64,000 bases of DNA from Hydrolagus affinis (lineage: Eukaryota). The notes below the pieces were generated by a model. It saw only the letters and a list, made by a program, of their open reading frames with translations, did not search any database and was not told the origin of the DNA. Below are positions 1-13,552 of the stretch, piece by piece. Each line of letters begins with the position of its first letter. Position 1 is the stretch's first letter. The position numbers and the translations under genes are program-made. Where the stretch lies: positions 1-64,000 of the forward strand of contig JAAILG010000875.1 of NCBI GenBank assembly GCA_012026655.1. The letters run 5' to 3'.

Positions 1-127
1 CTACAGGACTCCAATATAGTAAAAGTTAAATCTTAACATACAAATCATTCTACTTTATTTAAAAGTCTGAATACAAAGAGGTATTAACATCAACCCTGGT
101 AAGAGTGAATATAACACATCTTTAAAA

Positions 128-237
128 ATAATAAATAATAATAATCCTTACATTTGATATAGCACTTTATCACATCTTTGAAGCCCTCAAAGCGCCTCAC
201 AGAATATACTGTAAGTAATTGACTGAATATTTTGTAG
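128..237 (-). mobile_element. SINE 3' fragment (abundant family with (att)n tail)
   Basis: aataataatccttacatttgatatagcactttatcac...caaagcgcctcacagaatatactgt matches the copies at 9891, 35331, 54711 and 57016. Confidence 0.8.
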
Positions 238-2235
238 CTGTACATGATTTCAAACTCTGTCGCTTATTCATGTACAAGGCCTGAAATATATAAACTGGTA
301 GCCTTCCAAATGTGTTTGTCAGTCTGCCTTCGCACCAGCTGCTCCATCTCTGTTAATCTGGGTTGCTCGCTGATCAGTCACCTATTTTATCTTATACTGT
401 ATACTTAATTCTGCTTTTGGGTCTGGATGCAGTGCTGTTCTATTTTAACAATTGTGATCTCATTCCTCTGCACTCTGTAATTATTTCTTATTTTCTATAT
501 GTTCATCAATATATCTTGAATATATTGAATATAATTCAATATAATGAATTCTTGAATATAATTCACATTGATTATCTTTTATCCTCTCTGTTCAGCTGTA
601 ATCTTTCGGAATTTAATGCCAACATGTGAAATTGACCACTAAGTTAGCCTCAACTGGTTTCAATATGTCAATGATTTCACAAAAGTTCAATTTATAACTG
701 TTTCAACATTTTCCAATTAATGGCTAAAATTGAGCAAAATAAAGCAGTGGCATACATTTTTGAAGAATGATAATCCTGATACAATGCCTTTCCTATATTT
801 TTTGTTGTTGCTATGATAGAGCATACTTTAATTAGAAGATAGAAGATGTTGTCTTATCAGCCCCATGCCAGACATAATTTATATTATCTATTTGCAATAA
901 ATACAATTTGCAGTTTATGAGGATGCAAAAAATATTTAAAATTATCAGAAGACATCAGGGATATTATAGAGTGGAAACAACATGCGGCTCAAAATAACTA
1001 CTATTATAATGAAAGTGACAAATGATAAACACTCAATATTTTTTGGGAAAATATTTTTTCTTTGCAAAAATCAACTTGTGTAGTTAATTTTTAAAGAATC
1101 AGTTTAAGAAAATTATCGGATAGCTTGTCCGCATGCTCAAAGCTGACTACAGTTTAATTGTAAAAATAAATGCATACATTAGGTAGATAGAGCAAGCTAC
1201 AGAAACATACATTACATCCAAACCATACTCAAATATTTCTCTAGATGTTAGAAGGTCTGTCAATGAAACGAATAGATAGCAATAACTTCACTGCCTTAAA
1301 TTTATCTGTGAGTTATGTCACAGATTCGTATAAGCAATTACTGTCTAAAATCCCATATATCATTTTACAGTGCAGGGGAGGCAAGGCCATTTCTGGATAG
1401 AATTTAGCGACTTTAACTTTAATGAGCTGTTGTAGATAGTTTTTTTTAACAATGTTATCTCTGGTGACCCAGGTACTCGGGTCAGAGAGCTCTACTTTGA
1501 GAGTAAGAAAATTACTCATCTATGCCATGTTCTTTCACTCAACATTTTAATTGCTTGCTCTAACATTAACAGTTTCTGTGGTTACTAAATGAACAGTTAA
1601 AAATAATAATCTGCTATATACAGCAGTACATTGATAGTAGCATCTGGAGTAGTTTTAGGAAATGTTGTGCTAATAAATGTAGATTTGTTCATGGCTTCTA
1701 ATCTTGATTATATATTTTTAATTGAATATTTCTCAATTCCTGCTCTCATTCTGATGCTTGCTGGGGTAGGTAGGTGGGAGAGATTGGTGGTTCTTCTCCA
1801 GAAAGCTAACACAGGCAGACTATGCATTTTTCCGTTGGCCATGTTATTTTGTACAATATGCAGTATATAAAAACACACCACTGAATTTCACGGAGTTTGT
1901 TTCACTCAGTGATATATTAGAAGTTTATATCACATTCTCACTTTTGCAAATTGTAGTAGCTCAAGACTATTGCTGCTTAATTATCCAATGTTATCTTAAC
2001 GTTGAACACTTACTGCTCCAATACTCTTTTACATTCTATGTTAAAAAGAATAATAGATTGTGTTTCTTTGTTTGTCTTCTTTTTTGGTGGGAGCAAACAG
2101 TAGCTTTGGTCTCTCAGACTCTGCTCTGACCTTGATGTCTATGCAGCAGGCACAGTTTTATTGGAACACAGTTGTTTATTGAGACTGACAATCAGGATGT
2201 ATTTTAAGAGGCTTGAATGTGTATCTTTACTGCAG

Positions 2236-2277
2236 GCAGAACCAGAAGCAGAAGCGAACGCAAAATTAGGGACATAA
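2236..2277 (+). other. Candidate terminal coding exon of an unidentified + strand gene
   Basis: tctttactgcag| acceptor followed by purine-rich GAA-type sequence. Possible frames are AEPEAEANAKLGT*, (R)QNQKQKRTQN* and (G)RTRSRSERKIRDINMAGSLKLLF*. Not recognised. Confidence 0.25.
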
Positions 2278-3561
2278 ACATGGCTGGTTCATTAAAGCTA
2301 TTGTTTTAAACTTGTCCATTTCAGTCACATTGACATTTGTGTCTAGGACACACATAGTTGTGAGGTTACTTTGTAAATATTTTGAACAGAAAGACATTAA
2401 ACATTCTAGTATCAGAAATGATAAGGATTGGGTAAATCAGAGGTTGTCCTTGTGAAACTTTCAAGACAATAAATGACCTTGTGTGTCAGAAAATACAATA
2501 ATTTCTGGCTCACATCAAATGTCAGTGGAAGATTTTGGATGTTTCAATAAAAGTTTCACAGAAATTTTTTGAGATTTGGATTATTGCTGTTGTTTTGATC
2601 TTATCAAGGCAGAGATGTCTGTGTTGAGAACCAGATAGTGGAACTACTGTTCGATCCAGAGTTTATTTTGCTTACTGTGACTTTAACAGTAGGGTTCTTT
2701 TCAACCGTAGATGCACATCCACTTTTAAAAATACGTCTTTTTTTCCCACTTTTTAATTCAGCTACATTTACAAGCTTTCTGATTCTGCTGAGGTAGTTAA
2801 GGATGCTATGTTGATGTTGCTTCAATGACAAATGTGGAATTAAAGATCAAACACACACCTATCTGCACTGCACCACTGTTAGCTATGGCTGCTGGAGAAG
2901 AGCCTGTTCAGGATCATTTACTCATACTGCATTTGCATTATGTTAGTTTTGAATTTAACAAGTGGAGCTAACAGAAGGCCTCAGAATTCATTGTACATCA
3001 CGAGGTGGCACCACCACTGTCTGATTCACTGCAAGATAATTTTAATTGATGTGGGTACATTAATATTGAATGCACAAACTGTTTTCTTCAAACCACAATC
3101 ACCATTGTACTCATGAAGAAACATATGTTCATTGTGCACGTGCCTGGGTATACACAGTGTGGGTTTCAGAGAAAATCAGTGTGAGTGGTAAATTACAACA
3201 CAAATGAGGTTTATCAAAGTTTGGTGCCCCAAAGATTTGGTCTGCTAACCCAGATGGAATTATCTTAAATTGAGTTTAAGACTTTGTTAAAACTACTAAA
3301 CAGAATAAAATTTTCATTAGAAAAATGCTTTTTATAAGGTCAGAGTGAGTGATTTGTAAATCTTGCATGAAGATTTAATCATGCTACTTAATTAGAAAAT
3401 ACTGCTGGTTAAATACTGTTAAAGAAAGAAAGTAAGAAGCTGAAAGATCAATTCCTCTAAGATTTTAAATATCAAACCTAATTTAGATATTGGGATAAAC
3501 TGACACTCTGGTCTTTGGAATGATTGGACAATGAGTGCCTTACAAATATTCCTTACTATAG

Positions 3562-3698
3562 TGAACTCCAAAGCTGACTTAGGCTATCTGGACTTAGGAG
3601 ATCATTCGGAAAGACTGGATGGCAGACAGGTAACCTTTAGGAGGCCGCGGACAGTACCTGTACCATTTATGACAGAAAGCGAAAGGAAGCACTTTTAG
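3562..3698 (+). other. Candidate (alternative) terminal coding exon of an unidentified + strand gene
   Basis: ccttactatag| acceptor, then locally GC-richer open frame (V)NSKADLGYLDLGDHSERLDGRQVTFRRPRTVPVPFMTESERKHF*, with an internal CAG|GTAACC donor-like site near 3649. Not recognised. Confidence 0.3.
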
Positions 3699-4513
3699 AG
3701 AAATGCACTCCGGATTTTTTTCATTTTCTTTTTTTAATGAGAACATTGAAAACTAAACAGAGCAAAATAGATTCAGCATTAAACTGCACTGAGATATGAG
3801 TTCCACACACATTAAGAAGGCACAAAGATGACATGAATCATTTTCACGAAAAAATATACACAGTAACGTTGTAATAATACAGGGAAAGGTGAAGAATATT
3901 AGAAAATAAAATGGAAAATGTGATAATACAATATAGGTGGAGATGCAAATAGAAATGATAGACCTACAGGCGATGGAGAAAGGCTGAGAAATAAAAATGC
4001 ACATATGCAAACATGACATAAGAAGGTAGGAATAAGAAAAGCCCAGCAGCTTACCACATTGAACGATTCCTTCAGCGCTAGCACTAACTGTCTTCATCTC
4101 TGTCCTTCCCCTGCACCATCTACACCCACTGAATCTTCTTGAATACTCCAAGTTATCATTTAGTGTGCTAAGCAGCAGTCTATTCCAAAGGTGAACTCGA
4201 AATGTGCGGAAAAAAATCCCTCCTTGGGTTTTATTTGACTTCTCTCTTCATTAGCTTGAAATCACTTCCTCTAGTTTGGCAGAGAATATCTTTCTCCGTG
4301 TGTTTTCTCATCATTTGAAAAGTTGGATCATTTCCCCAGCTTCAGAGTCTTTTCCAACAAGAAGGAACTTAGCTTTCTTAGGTTTACTTTGCAGCTCAGA
4401 AAGACTGCAGCCATCTTTGTGGACTTTCTGTTACACCCTTTTTGTTGCCTCCATCTATTTTGTCTGTACTGCGAGTAAAAGTGGTCAGACTATTTCATGT
4501 GCAGGCCACAATT

Positions 4514-4703
4514 AATAATAATATAATAATACATCTTTGCATTTGATGTAGTGCCTTATTATGTCTACAAGTCTCAAAGCGCTTCACAGAATATAGTGTC
4601 AAGCTAATTGCATTGTGGGCAACACATGGTCGTCAATTATCACTTTCTTGGACTTGTATTCTATGGGTGAAAGGCACTATACAAATGTAATTTGTTGCTG
4701 TTG
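4514..4703. mobile_element. SINE 3' fragment (-, 4514-4638) next to a short L2-type tail (+, ~4668-4703)
   Basis: ctttgcatttgatgtagtgcc...ctcaaagcgcttcacagaata, then gaaaggcactatacaaatgtaatttgttgctgttg. Confidence 0.7.
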
Positions 4704-5856
4704 TACACTTAAAAAATCTAAGGTTTTGTTAGTTCTTGCAACCATTGTCACACAATGGTAAAATTTTCAGTGCCTAGTCAGCAATTACACTCTGCTGTTT
4801 CTCCAGATCAATTTTATTTGGTAATATACTTTTAGCCTCAGTGTTCATTATTTTTAATTTATCTTCCTACCTACTTGTTAAACCTTTAGATTTCTGCATC
4901 TGTGCTCCCACAAAACCTGTTACTGTACTGTTCGCATACCTAGGGATGCAGTTTTGAAGTTGAGGTCGTTAGTCAGAATTAACAAAGACTAACTATTGTG
5001 TCTACTAGGATTCTCATGGGAAATCCATGATGAAATGGATGTGTGCTCTGGCAGACCAAGTGTAAGCGAAGGCAAAATTATAAGTAGCTCAGTCTGAATT
5101 TGTGAGCTTTAGAATTGTGGATTTAATGTGTGTTTACTCACCACTTCACATTTTTGATTTTGTTAAAATGAGCAGCATATTTTAGAAATACTGTATCCTC
5201 CTTGGATTAGTCTTTCAGAGATAAACTAGCTCTAAGTAGACATACCTAGCAAGTCTTCAGTAATCCAAGAATTTGCTGATGATTGACCAGCTGTGTGCTT
5301 ACCATTATTCATAGTTGTGTTTGGATCTTATCCATATTTGTAGTATTTTCTTAGCATTGGACTTGTGTGGGTGAGCTTAGTTAGCATGGTATGAACTATG
5401 ATATAAGTATGCAGGTAGAATTACCAGTGTTTTTGCATGGATAATATCATCTGTCAATTCAAACAACAGTTTAAACCCTCAGATTCATAAAAAAAATTGC
5501 TGTCTAGTTGGTTAGGGGTCTCAGATGCTTCTTCCAGTTATCTGGAATGGTTTGGATCCTACAAATCATACCAGAAGTGCTACTTTGGAAGATCCTTAGA
5601 TCTTTGCTAACACTAGAGGGTATCACTGCCAAGAAAACGTGTGAGATCTGAAAAATTACAGACATCCATCTGAATCCAGATCTCTGACATGTTATTTTGG
5701 GATTGTTTACTAAGATACCTTTAGCTTCATGCATGGAGAGCTTGATTAACCGTTATTTACATCCTGCCTGGCTCTCTGGTTGGCTCAGTGGATGTGTGTT
5801 GGCTGAATCCAGAGGGGTTAAGATTCTGAGAGTTGTGCAGTGAGAAGCATACGTGC

Positions 5857-5880
5857 TTGTTTGTTTGTTTGTTTGTTTTT
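5857..5880. repeat. (GTTT)n microsatellite
   Basis: ttgtttgtttgtttgtttgttttt. Confidence 0.8.
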
Positions 5881-6044
5881 GTATTGGGAGTTTAGGCAGG
5901 TATGTTCTGTGGCCAGCATAGTTTACTGAACACCACATTTTTCAAGTGCCTGGCTGTGGAGTTAATTAGACAATCAGAATCTAGGGCCTAGAAAGCTTTC
6001 ACTTCGGCAAGATAATAAGCTAGTTTGCCATAGCAACTGAGCAA

Positions 6045-6240
6045 GTGGAGAGAGAAGGGAGTTTCTACTTATGTCCAGGCCAACAATCTCCTAAATAAAA
6101 TAAATAGTCATTCACTTCTTGGACTGTGTGTGCAAATAGGCTGCTGCATTTGCCTACACAATACATAGTCACTGCACTTTACAGTAATTTCTCTGAAGAG
6201 CTTTGAACCATCCGTGAAAGGTGTAATATCTAATGCGAGG
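6045..6240 (+). mobile_element. Deu-domain SINE, 3' half, decayed
   Basis: gagaagggagtttctacttatgtccaggccaac...tgtgtgcaaataggctgctgcattt...gtgaaaggtgtaatat is similar to the copies at 30605, 51400 and 55020. Confidence 0.65.
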
Positions 6241-9200
6241 GTGTTGGTGTCCCTGTTAGCTAGAACACAGCAGAAGTGTTTTGAAATTATTGCTGTTGAT
6301 TTCTTTCCAACACCAGCTATTGATATAATGTTAAGTAGCTGTTGATTTTGTATAGTTAGATTCATATGACTGTGTCTTCAGCCAAAAACTCTGTTATGGG
6401 TTTCATGTGAGTTTTTGCTGTTTTATAACTGCATACTAAAACAATAGAGAATATTTTGTAACCAAGCCATCTTAATTGGATGTGAGGAAAATGACACCAT
6501 CTGGCTTAAAGGATTTTGAAAGCGTTAACTTTTCCAAATTTATATTTGCCATCCCTCTGGGCTAGAAATTGGTCTAAGTATTGGTTTGTTCTGCTACTAA
6601 CATTTTAAAGCTTTACATTTTATAGTTTGAAATTCTGTACTTGATTTACCTATCCAACAAAGTTATCGAAATAATATTAACAACTTTACGAAGCACGTTG
6701 TTTTTCATATTGGTGAAATCTTGGATTTGATTTTCACAATTTGTGGTCATGCTCTACAAACTTTGAATTATTTCCAGAAAAAAACATAAAATATGCAGGG
6801 TGCTGGTTTAGTGCAGTGGAGAATTAAAATATTTAAAAGAAACGTAAACCATTTTTGCTGAAATGGAAAAAAAAGCTTTGCATTTCTTTCAGAATTATAT
6901 ACTGTATACAGATTATTAGCCTTGGAATGTAACTACAGGCTGTACTTTTCTGTTTGATGTGAGCATGTTTGTGAAAATGCTGTAAATCAGGCAATTTAGA
7001 GCATTAAAATGGCCAGCTATAAGTTATGGTCTGAAATTGCAGTTGTAAAGTGCCTGCTGTCTATTACTAAACAATTAATCATAGAATAAGTCATTAACTA
7101 TCAGTGGCACTTTTTTTTTAAAAAAACGTGTTGTTTTTAAATACCTATCTGTAAGATTTTCAGAAAAAGAGGATACAGTATTACAGTCCAAAAGGTCCAA
7201 AAGGACCTGGGAACTAAATCAGATTCCTCTCCAGACATCATGTCACTGATAACATTGCAGAAGTAATTGAAAAATTGATAAGCTTGTGACCTCCAATCAT
7301 TTCTATGTTCCAAAGAACGATTCCAGAGGAAAGCAGATTAGGTCAACAGTTACTCCCTTTATTCCCTCTGAATAATTGCTAACAAGTCGATTAACTGAGA
7401 TGAGTGATATAAAGTAACACGTTAACTATACAATATTAAGCTACAAAATGCTCGTTATTATCTGTAACAAGATGGTTGAATTCTAACATTGTCAACTTAA
7501 ACATGTTCAAAATAGACCTCATTTATTACTATAAGCTTTACATATAGTTTTTTAAGAAGCTGGACAATGATATATGAATAATTGGGATAATGGTACAGAA
7601 CAAATTGATTGATCAAAAAGATTGATTGATGCATATTTCACCCTGATATATACAAACAAAAGTAGGTGAATCCTTAATCTGACTGTTCATCTATTTGGGG
7701 CTTTCTAATGGAATTTATTGCATATTTATATGATAACATTAAGACTTGCATGGAATACGCATTCCAGATCTGCTGCATTAATTTGTCAACAAAGCAGTCA
7801 GTAAAAAAAGCTAATTCAGGATGAAGTCTTTGAAACTTCTTCTTCTGAAAATGTTCTCATCATTAAACAAGGGAGAACTTGAAGGTTCAAAAATAAGTTG
7901 AGAGAACTATAGATTTCTGCAAAAGTTTCTGTATTTTAAATCATGGTATAAGTTTCCCCCATATAAATTGCATAATGCATGTGAAACATATAGGGCACAC
8001 TTATTGGTTGTGTCGAAAACATGGTTGATAAAAGAGATACAAGAACCATTATTTTTTCCAAAATTGTTTTTCTTTGCGTAGAAATCCCCTTTTGATTTTT
8101 TTGGGTGTGTCTTTTACCACTTCTTTATCTTCCTTATATGTCTTCTATATTTTAGGTTCTTAAAATAGCTTGTTTTAAAAATATTGTTTTTGACCAAGAT
8201 ATACAATTCTTACCATATTTTACTTTCAAGTTAATGAATTTTAAATAATCAATGAGGCTATAAAAATAAAGTTGAAATGGATGAAAGGATTTTATTCATC
8301 TTTCCCATACATATGAGCTATTCATCAAAGGCAAACTCTTCCATGTCTGCTAGTTGAAGTTCACTGGATACTCTATTGTGGATGGGTACTGTTGAATGTT
8401 TTTCCATTATCGGGTGAATACAACAGTTAGCTTTCTTTCTTTAGATGAATGAATCTATTCCAATAAGATGACAGTCTAGATGATTGCTGGAAGCAATAAA
8501 GGTAAAAGTGCAAGTTCTGAAAGAATGTGATGATGAAAAAGCACACTCGTTTCCCCCAAAACAATCTATCTTAGTGGGCATAATACTATGCAGCGATTAC
8601 AATTCAGTAGCCAAAATATGGCCATTATTCATAACATCTAGTGCTGATTTTCTAGATGCGTGAAAATCAAAGTAGAGCTAAATTGCTTCACACCATGGCA
8701 AGATGCAATTAGAATCAGAGTATTACAGGATCTAGTTGGAAGTTTGCCTTTCACAAGGGGAACATTTTGCACAATCTATCACAACCAAACAGAGGGTGAA
8801 TGGTTACTTTTGACATATTTGAATGTGAGTAGTCAGGCAGCATATTCAAAAGATGAAGTACAATACAATCTTCTTCAGACAAGACACCCAATTATACAGA
8901 TACATGATAGCTTTAGAAGGAACGCCAGCATTGCAATGATGACACTACAGCATTCTTTGACAAACTGAAAAGGAGGTCATCATTCAAGTACATCTCTTAA
9001 ATCCAATTTGCTTGATATTTGTTCTGTTTTACTAGTTAAGCGCATTGAAGACTGACTTGCTCCAAGAAGCCAAAGACCATTTATACATAATATATTATGA
9101 AGGATCTTTCAATGCAAAATCTTTTGCAGTTCCTGAGAGCTTTTAAACAAGAGCTCACTGAAACTGTAAAACTTTATTACCTTGAAGGTATGAAGACTGA

Positions 9201-9890
9201 TATAACACGATGGTAATTTCTTACCTTAGGGATCCAGCGGGTGATTGCAAAGTTGATGCCATTTGCAATTGGCAACAGTCAAAAAAGCTGATTGAATCAA
9301 GGCTTATTAAAGTAGGAATGCATTATCTGGTTTATTCTTCCATTCCTGAGCAAGACAGATCAATCTTAGTAAGTAATATTGTTACCCAGAAGCATAAGCT
9401 GAGAATGTTATTAAATACAGTAAATATATATATAATTCTGCATAATTGGGTCCTACGTGATGAGGGTCTTTGTTTAACAATAATTTACTGTAACTGTATT
9501 TTACTGAAGCTGAACAAGGTACAGATTTCACAGTGGGATCTATTATGTGAGTTGTGTTAACCATGTGTAAATAGATGTGTAGAGAGGGAATTACAGATGT
9601 CCTTAGTTATATAATTTTAAAAAACCGTGACTAGAATGACAGGTGATTCTATCAACAAAATAAAACCAGTGCCAGGGAAGAATTCTTGAGCATCCAATGA
9701 TCCAACAACAACTGTTTTTCTAAGACAATTAACAGTTTCATTCTATGATTGTGTTAGTTCATGATTGGTTTGAATTAGCTTAGCCCAAATCAAATTTCTG
9801 AACACAGGCCTGTTCTCTACAAAAAGCAACTTGATCAACTTTAAATTCAACCTCTGTATGTATCCTCTGATAATGTGTTCATGAATAAAA

Positions 9891-10246
9891 AATAATAATG
9901 ATCTGTGCATTTGATGTAGCGCCTTATCATGTCTTTTAGATGTCTCAAAGCCCTTCACAGAATATAATGTAAAGTGAATTGACTGTTTATATTTTGTGGA
10001 TGAAACACGGCAGCCAATTGCACAACTCAGTGTCCCACAAATAGTCCTGGATTGAAGTGACCAATTTTTTAAAAAAAATCAATTATTGGCCCCGGAAAAG
10101 CTATCCGCCAATCGACTAACAAGTGGGTTCCTATTTACGAATAAGTAAATAGATGTGGAGTAATGAAACTTGCCCAACGTTTTGACCTTCTGGGAATCAA
10201 ACTCAGTCTCTCGCTTGCGAGGCGAGTGCTCTAGTCCATGGAACTA
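9891..10246 (-). mobile_element. Near full-length tRNA-derived SINE (long subtype)
   Basis: Minus strand shows a tRNA-like head (agagcactcgcctcgcaagcgagag...gtttgattccc), ttgggcaagtttcattactccac, a central segment, gtgcaattggctgcc and an (att)n tail. Confidence 0.85.
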
Positions 10247-12711
10247 ACTGACCTGACAGCTGAAGTACACAACGGAGCACTTCAGTTATCAGGTCATTTA
10301 ATTCCATGGACATTTATGTGCAGGCCTTATGGGTTCTATGCTTTTGAATTAAAGCAGCATTGAATATACTTTCAGTTTTTTGAGAAGGATCTAAGTCTGT
10401 TATTAATAATCTGATGCAGACAGCGGGAAATGAAAATACTGAGATACTCTTCAGTGTTCTCCCAGAACATATCTCGGCATGGTACCAGAAAGCTGTGTGA
10501 TGTGTTGACAGAATGAGGCCAGAGGAAGCCAAAGCTACTGTAAAATGTTTATGTAAATGTTCCTGCATTTCAGCCTGAAGAATTATGGAAAATAAGCTGT
10601 ATCTTTTAGTGATTTTCATGGGTAATTAGATAAGTAGAGTTTTCCCATGGTAATGTTTTCATTTATTGTGTAGTGTATTGTGTCTTTATACTTCAAAATT
10701 CTACCTCATGATTTGAAACTGCATTATGTAAGTCACAGATGTGTGCATTATATTTTTAACCACCATTGAAAAATGCTTGTTCACTTAGTGTACTCTGCAT
10801 TTAAGACTTTAAATTATGCCCATTGATTTATAAGTAGCATTCTGCATCTTTTATTTGTTACTCTTCAAGTCATTGGTTTGTGCACAGTTTGGAAACTACC
10901 AATGAAATTACCTTTATTCATTGAAAATGTCAATGTTTATATATACTGATAGTCTTCGTAAAGTGTGACTCGCTGTGTCATAGGAGAAAAATACAATTGC
11001 TCTCCAGTTAAAGATTTATTACGTTAATTTAGATTTAGTTAAGCATTAAAAAAAATCTTGAATGTTACAAGATAATATAACTTGCTTACATTCAGTTAAT
11101 GTTAACGGGAAGTCTGCTGTTAAAATGAGGACGATAGCAGGGAAGATAATTAAATTATAGATCAATAATGCCACCCAGATAAGTCTATCAAAGGAAACAA
11201 CAGTTTATCCATATAGCTGTGTTCAAAATGGTCTGTATGAAACATGATCACTTTTATGTTTACCTAATGAAGATAAGAATCTAAGCTTTGGCTACATTCA
11301 AATAAAACATTTTAAAACGAAGAGTAAATAAGGAGAGAAATAAGGTTATGATAAAAACTATTATAAACCCATTAAAAAAAATTACTTTAACATTATGATG
11401 ATCATCCCGTACTTTATTGAATGTATTTGATTACTGTTCCCAGTATGATATTATGATATTATTTTCTCTCTTGAATGATATTTAAATGCATTTTTCAGGC
11501 AAATAATTCTTCAACCTCGTTTGTGTCAACCAAATTAAGCTTTGCAATAATTTATTCTGATTTCTTGTCCTGCAATCTTTTTCTATGTGATGTATAATCC
11601 TGACAGAAGGTAGTTAGATTTCAACTTGCTGTTTAATTTGTTCACAGCCGGAGATGTCATCAAGCATCATGAAATTCATTTCTAAGGATGAATCTGGCAG
11701 TGTTAAAGTATGGTAGCTACACAATTCTTTCCTGACAACAGAGTATCCTCTGTTAGTCGTGGTGTGACTTTCTCTAAGGAATCAAATGAATGCTATTTTT
11801 GCTGACTGAAATTGTGAAATCCGCACAGTAGTACATTCAGTTGAGGAATACTAATGGATTTATACCACTTGAACATTCGTATTCCAATGTTAAATTATTA
11901 GTATCTTCACTGTTAATGTAGTGTTTCTATGTACAATTGATTCTTTCCTTTTTTAAAACCAGCCTGTTGGGAATGCTTTTACGACATTAGAAACATAAGC
12001 CCACACTTGGTCTTCAAGGAATATTTTTTGTTAATATTTTGAAGATTGGCATCTGAGGATTAAATGGAAGTTAGAAGAGATGTGAGCATGTAAATATGGA
12101 TAGAAATGTTAGTGCAGTATTAAAAGATTAGAGCCAAAAAACTTTTTTTATGACCTATATGTAATTTTTAGCTATTTTTTATTTGGGGGAACATTCAAAA
12201 ATGAGAATAGTTTTCTTATCAAAAGCTTTTAAAACAGTGAGTGCCTAGCAACGTTCAAAAGTCTAATTACGGGATCACACTTTTGGCCTGATCAAGTTCA
12301 AACCATGACAAGAATGTTTGGTGTTTACCCAATAACAACTACTTGCATTCAGCTGGAATGGAATAAATTCAGCTATTTGAAGCAATTTATGTTGCTACTA
12401 ATTTATCCATCTAGTACTTGCATTGTTCTGTTTGCTAACACAGAATTGATCATTTTGCTTCATCTAAGCAGTAACTCCAGAGGATTGTTGTGCTTAGTTC
12501 CATTCAGACAGAGGTACTCATAACTGTCTGCTTACATTGTGCACAGTGAATAACCATGTGTTTCTGCATACCATAGTATCTAAATAAATATTTAGTGGGC
12601 CTAGGGAATGAACTGGATGTGTTAAAGGCAATTTAATAAAAATACATGCCTAGAAAAAAAATTATTCCCTGAAAAGAATTGCCCAAATGGGAATTTTAGA
12701 GTTGTTTATTA

Positions 12712-12800
12712 GGAATTGAATCGCTCTTTTCAAAGAGCCGGCACAAACTAGATGAGCCGAATGGCCTCCTTTTGTGCCGTAAAATTCTATGAATCTATGA
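12712..12800 (+). mobile_element. CR1-clade LINE (HER1-like) 3' end
   Basis: caaagagccggcac...gccgaatggcctccttttgtgccgtaaaattctatgaatctatga has the CR1 3' stem-loop and an (attctatg)n tail. Confidence 0.8.
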
Positions 12801-12941
12801 ATTAACCTTGTAAAACTGCACAATACAGTACAATACCGATTATTTATTTACTCTTCAGTTCAGTAAAAGTCCTTAGAATTGTAGCATGAATCATAGTTGT
12901 TAGTCAATTGGTGGATTTCTTTCCGGGAATAGTATCCCTAA

Positions 12942-13120
12942 AACAAATTGGGTCACTCATTCAACAACTGCTTGTGAGACACTGCTGTGTGCAATTGGCT
13001 GCCACGTGTCACCCACAAAATATACAGTCAATTAATTTTACAGTATATTCTATGAATGGCTTTGAGATGTTTCAACGACATGATAAGGCACAATATCAAA
13101 TGCAAGGATTATTATTATTA
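12942..13120 (+). mobile_element. SINE 3' half (abundant family)
   Basis: gacactgctgtgtgcaattggctgcc...tatcaaatgcaaggattattattatta. Confidence 0.85.
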
Positions 13121-13402
13121 TTTCATCTTAAGAATTCTGCACTCCACATAGTGGACTTCACTCCTTGTATTGCTTAATTAGCTTGCTATATTAGCAACAA
13201 AAATGTACATGTTACGATGAGCTCCATTATGAACTGCTGTGGTTTGTTCATAAACTCATATTCCTTACATTTGGCATTGAGGAATCCTGAGCACTCGTAT
13301 AATTTCAATATTGTTCTTTTTCAAACGTCATTAAAAAATTTTTTTAACAAACCGGGAGTTAAAGCTTCCTGTTCTCTATGTGAAATGTTCATAAGTGTAA
13401 TG

Positions 13403-13552
13403 AAAAGGTAGACATTTATTTTGGGAGGACGGGTTTGAGCAGTTATGGGGATAGAGCTGGGGAGTGGGATTAAATTGCTCTTTTTAAAGAGCCGGCACAG
13501 ACTCGATGGGCCGAATGGCCTCCTTTTGTGCCGTAAGATTCTATGATTCTAT
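13403..13552 (+). mobile_element. CR1-clade LINE (HER1-like) 3' end
   Basis: ttatggggatagagctggggagtgggat...aagagccggcacagactcgatgggccgaatggcctcc...gattctatgattctat is near-identical to 12712-12800. Confidence 0.85.

Noticed and set aside
8444-8501. AG..GT bounded exon-like segment
   Set aside because: Stop codons in all three frames and no supporting evidence.
10170-10246. tRNA-like sequence, also at 54940-55005 and 57200-57281
   Set aside because: These are SINE heads: no complete acceptor stem, and each continues into a repeat body.
11648-11716. Exon-like segment after ttgttcacag (PEMSSSIMKFISKDESGSVKVW*)
   Set aside because: Weak acceptor and unrecognised peptide; cannot be distinguished from chance.
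12712-13552. Two near-identical direct repeats ~750 bp apart suggesting LTRs
   Set aside because: Both are CR1 3' ends with octamer tails; no TG..CA termini, PBS or internal coding sequence.
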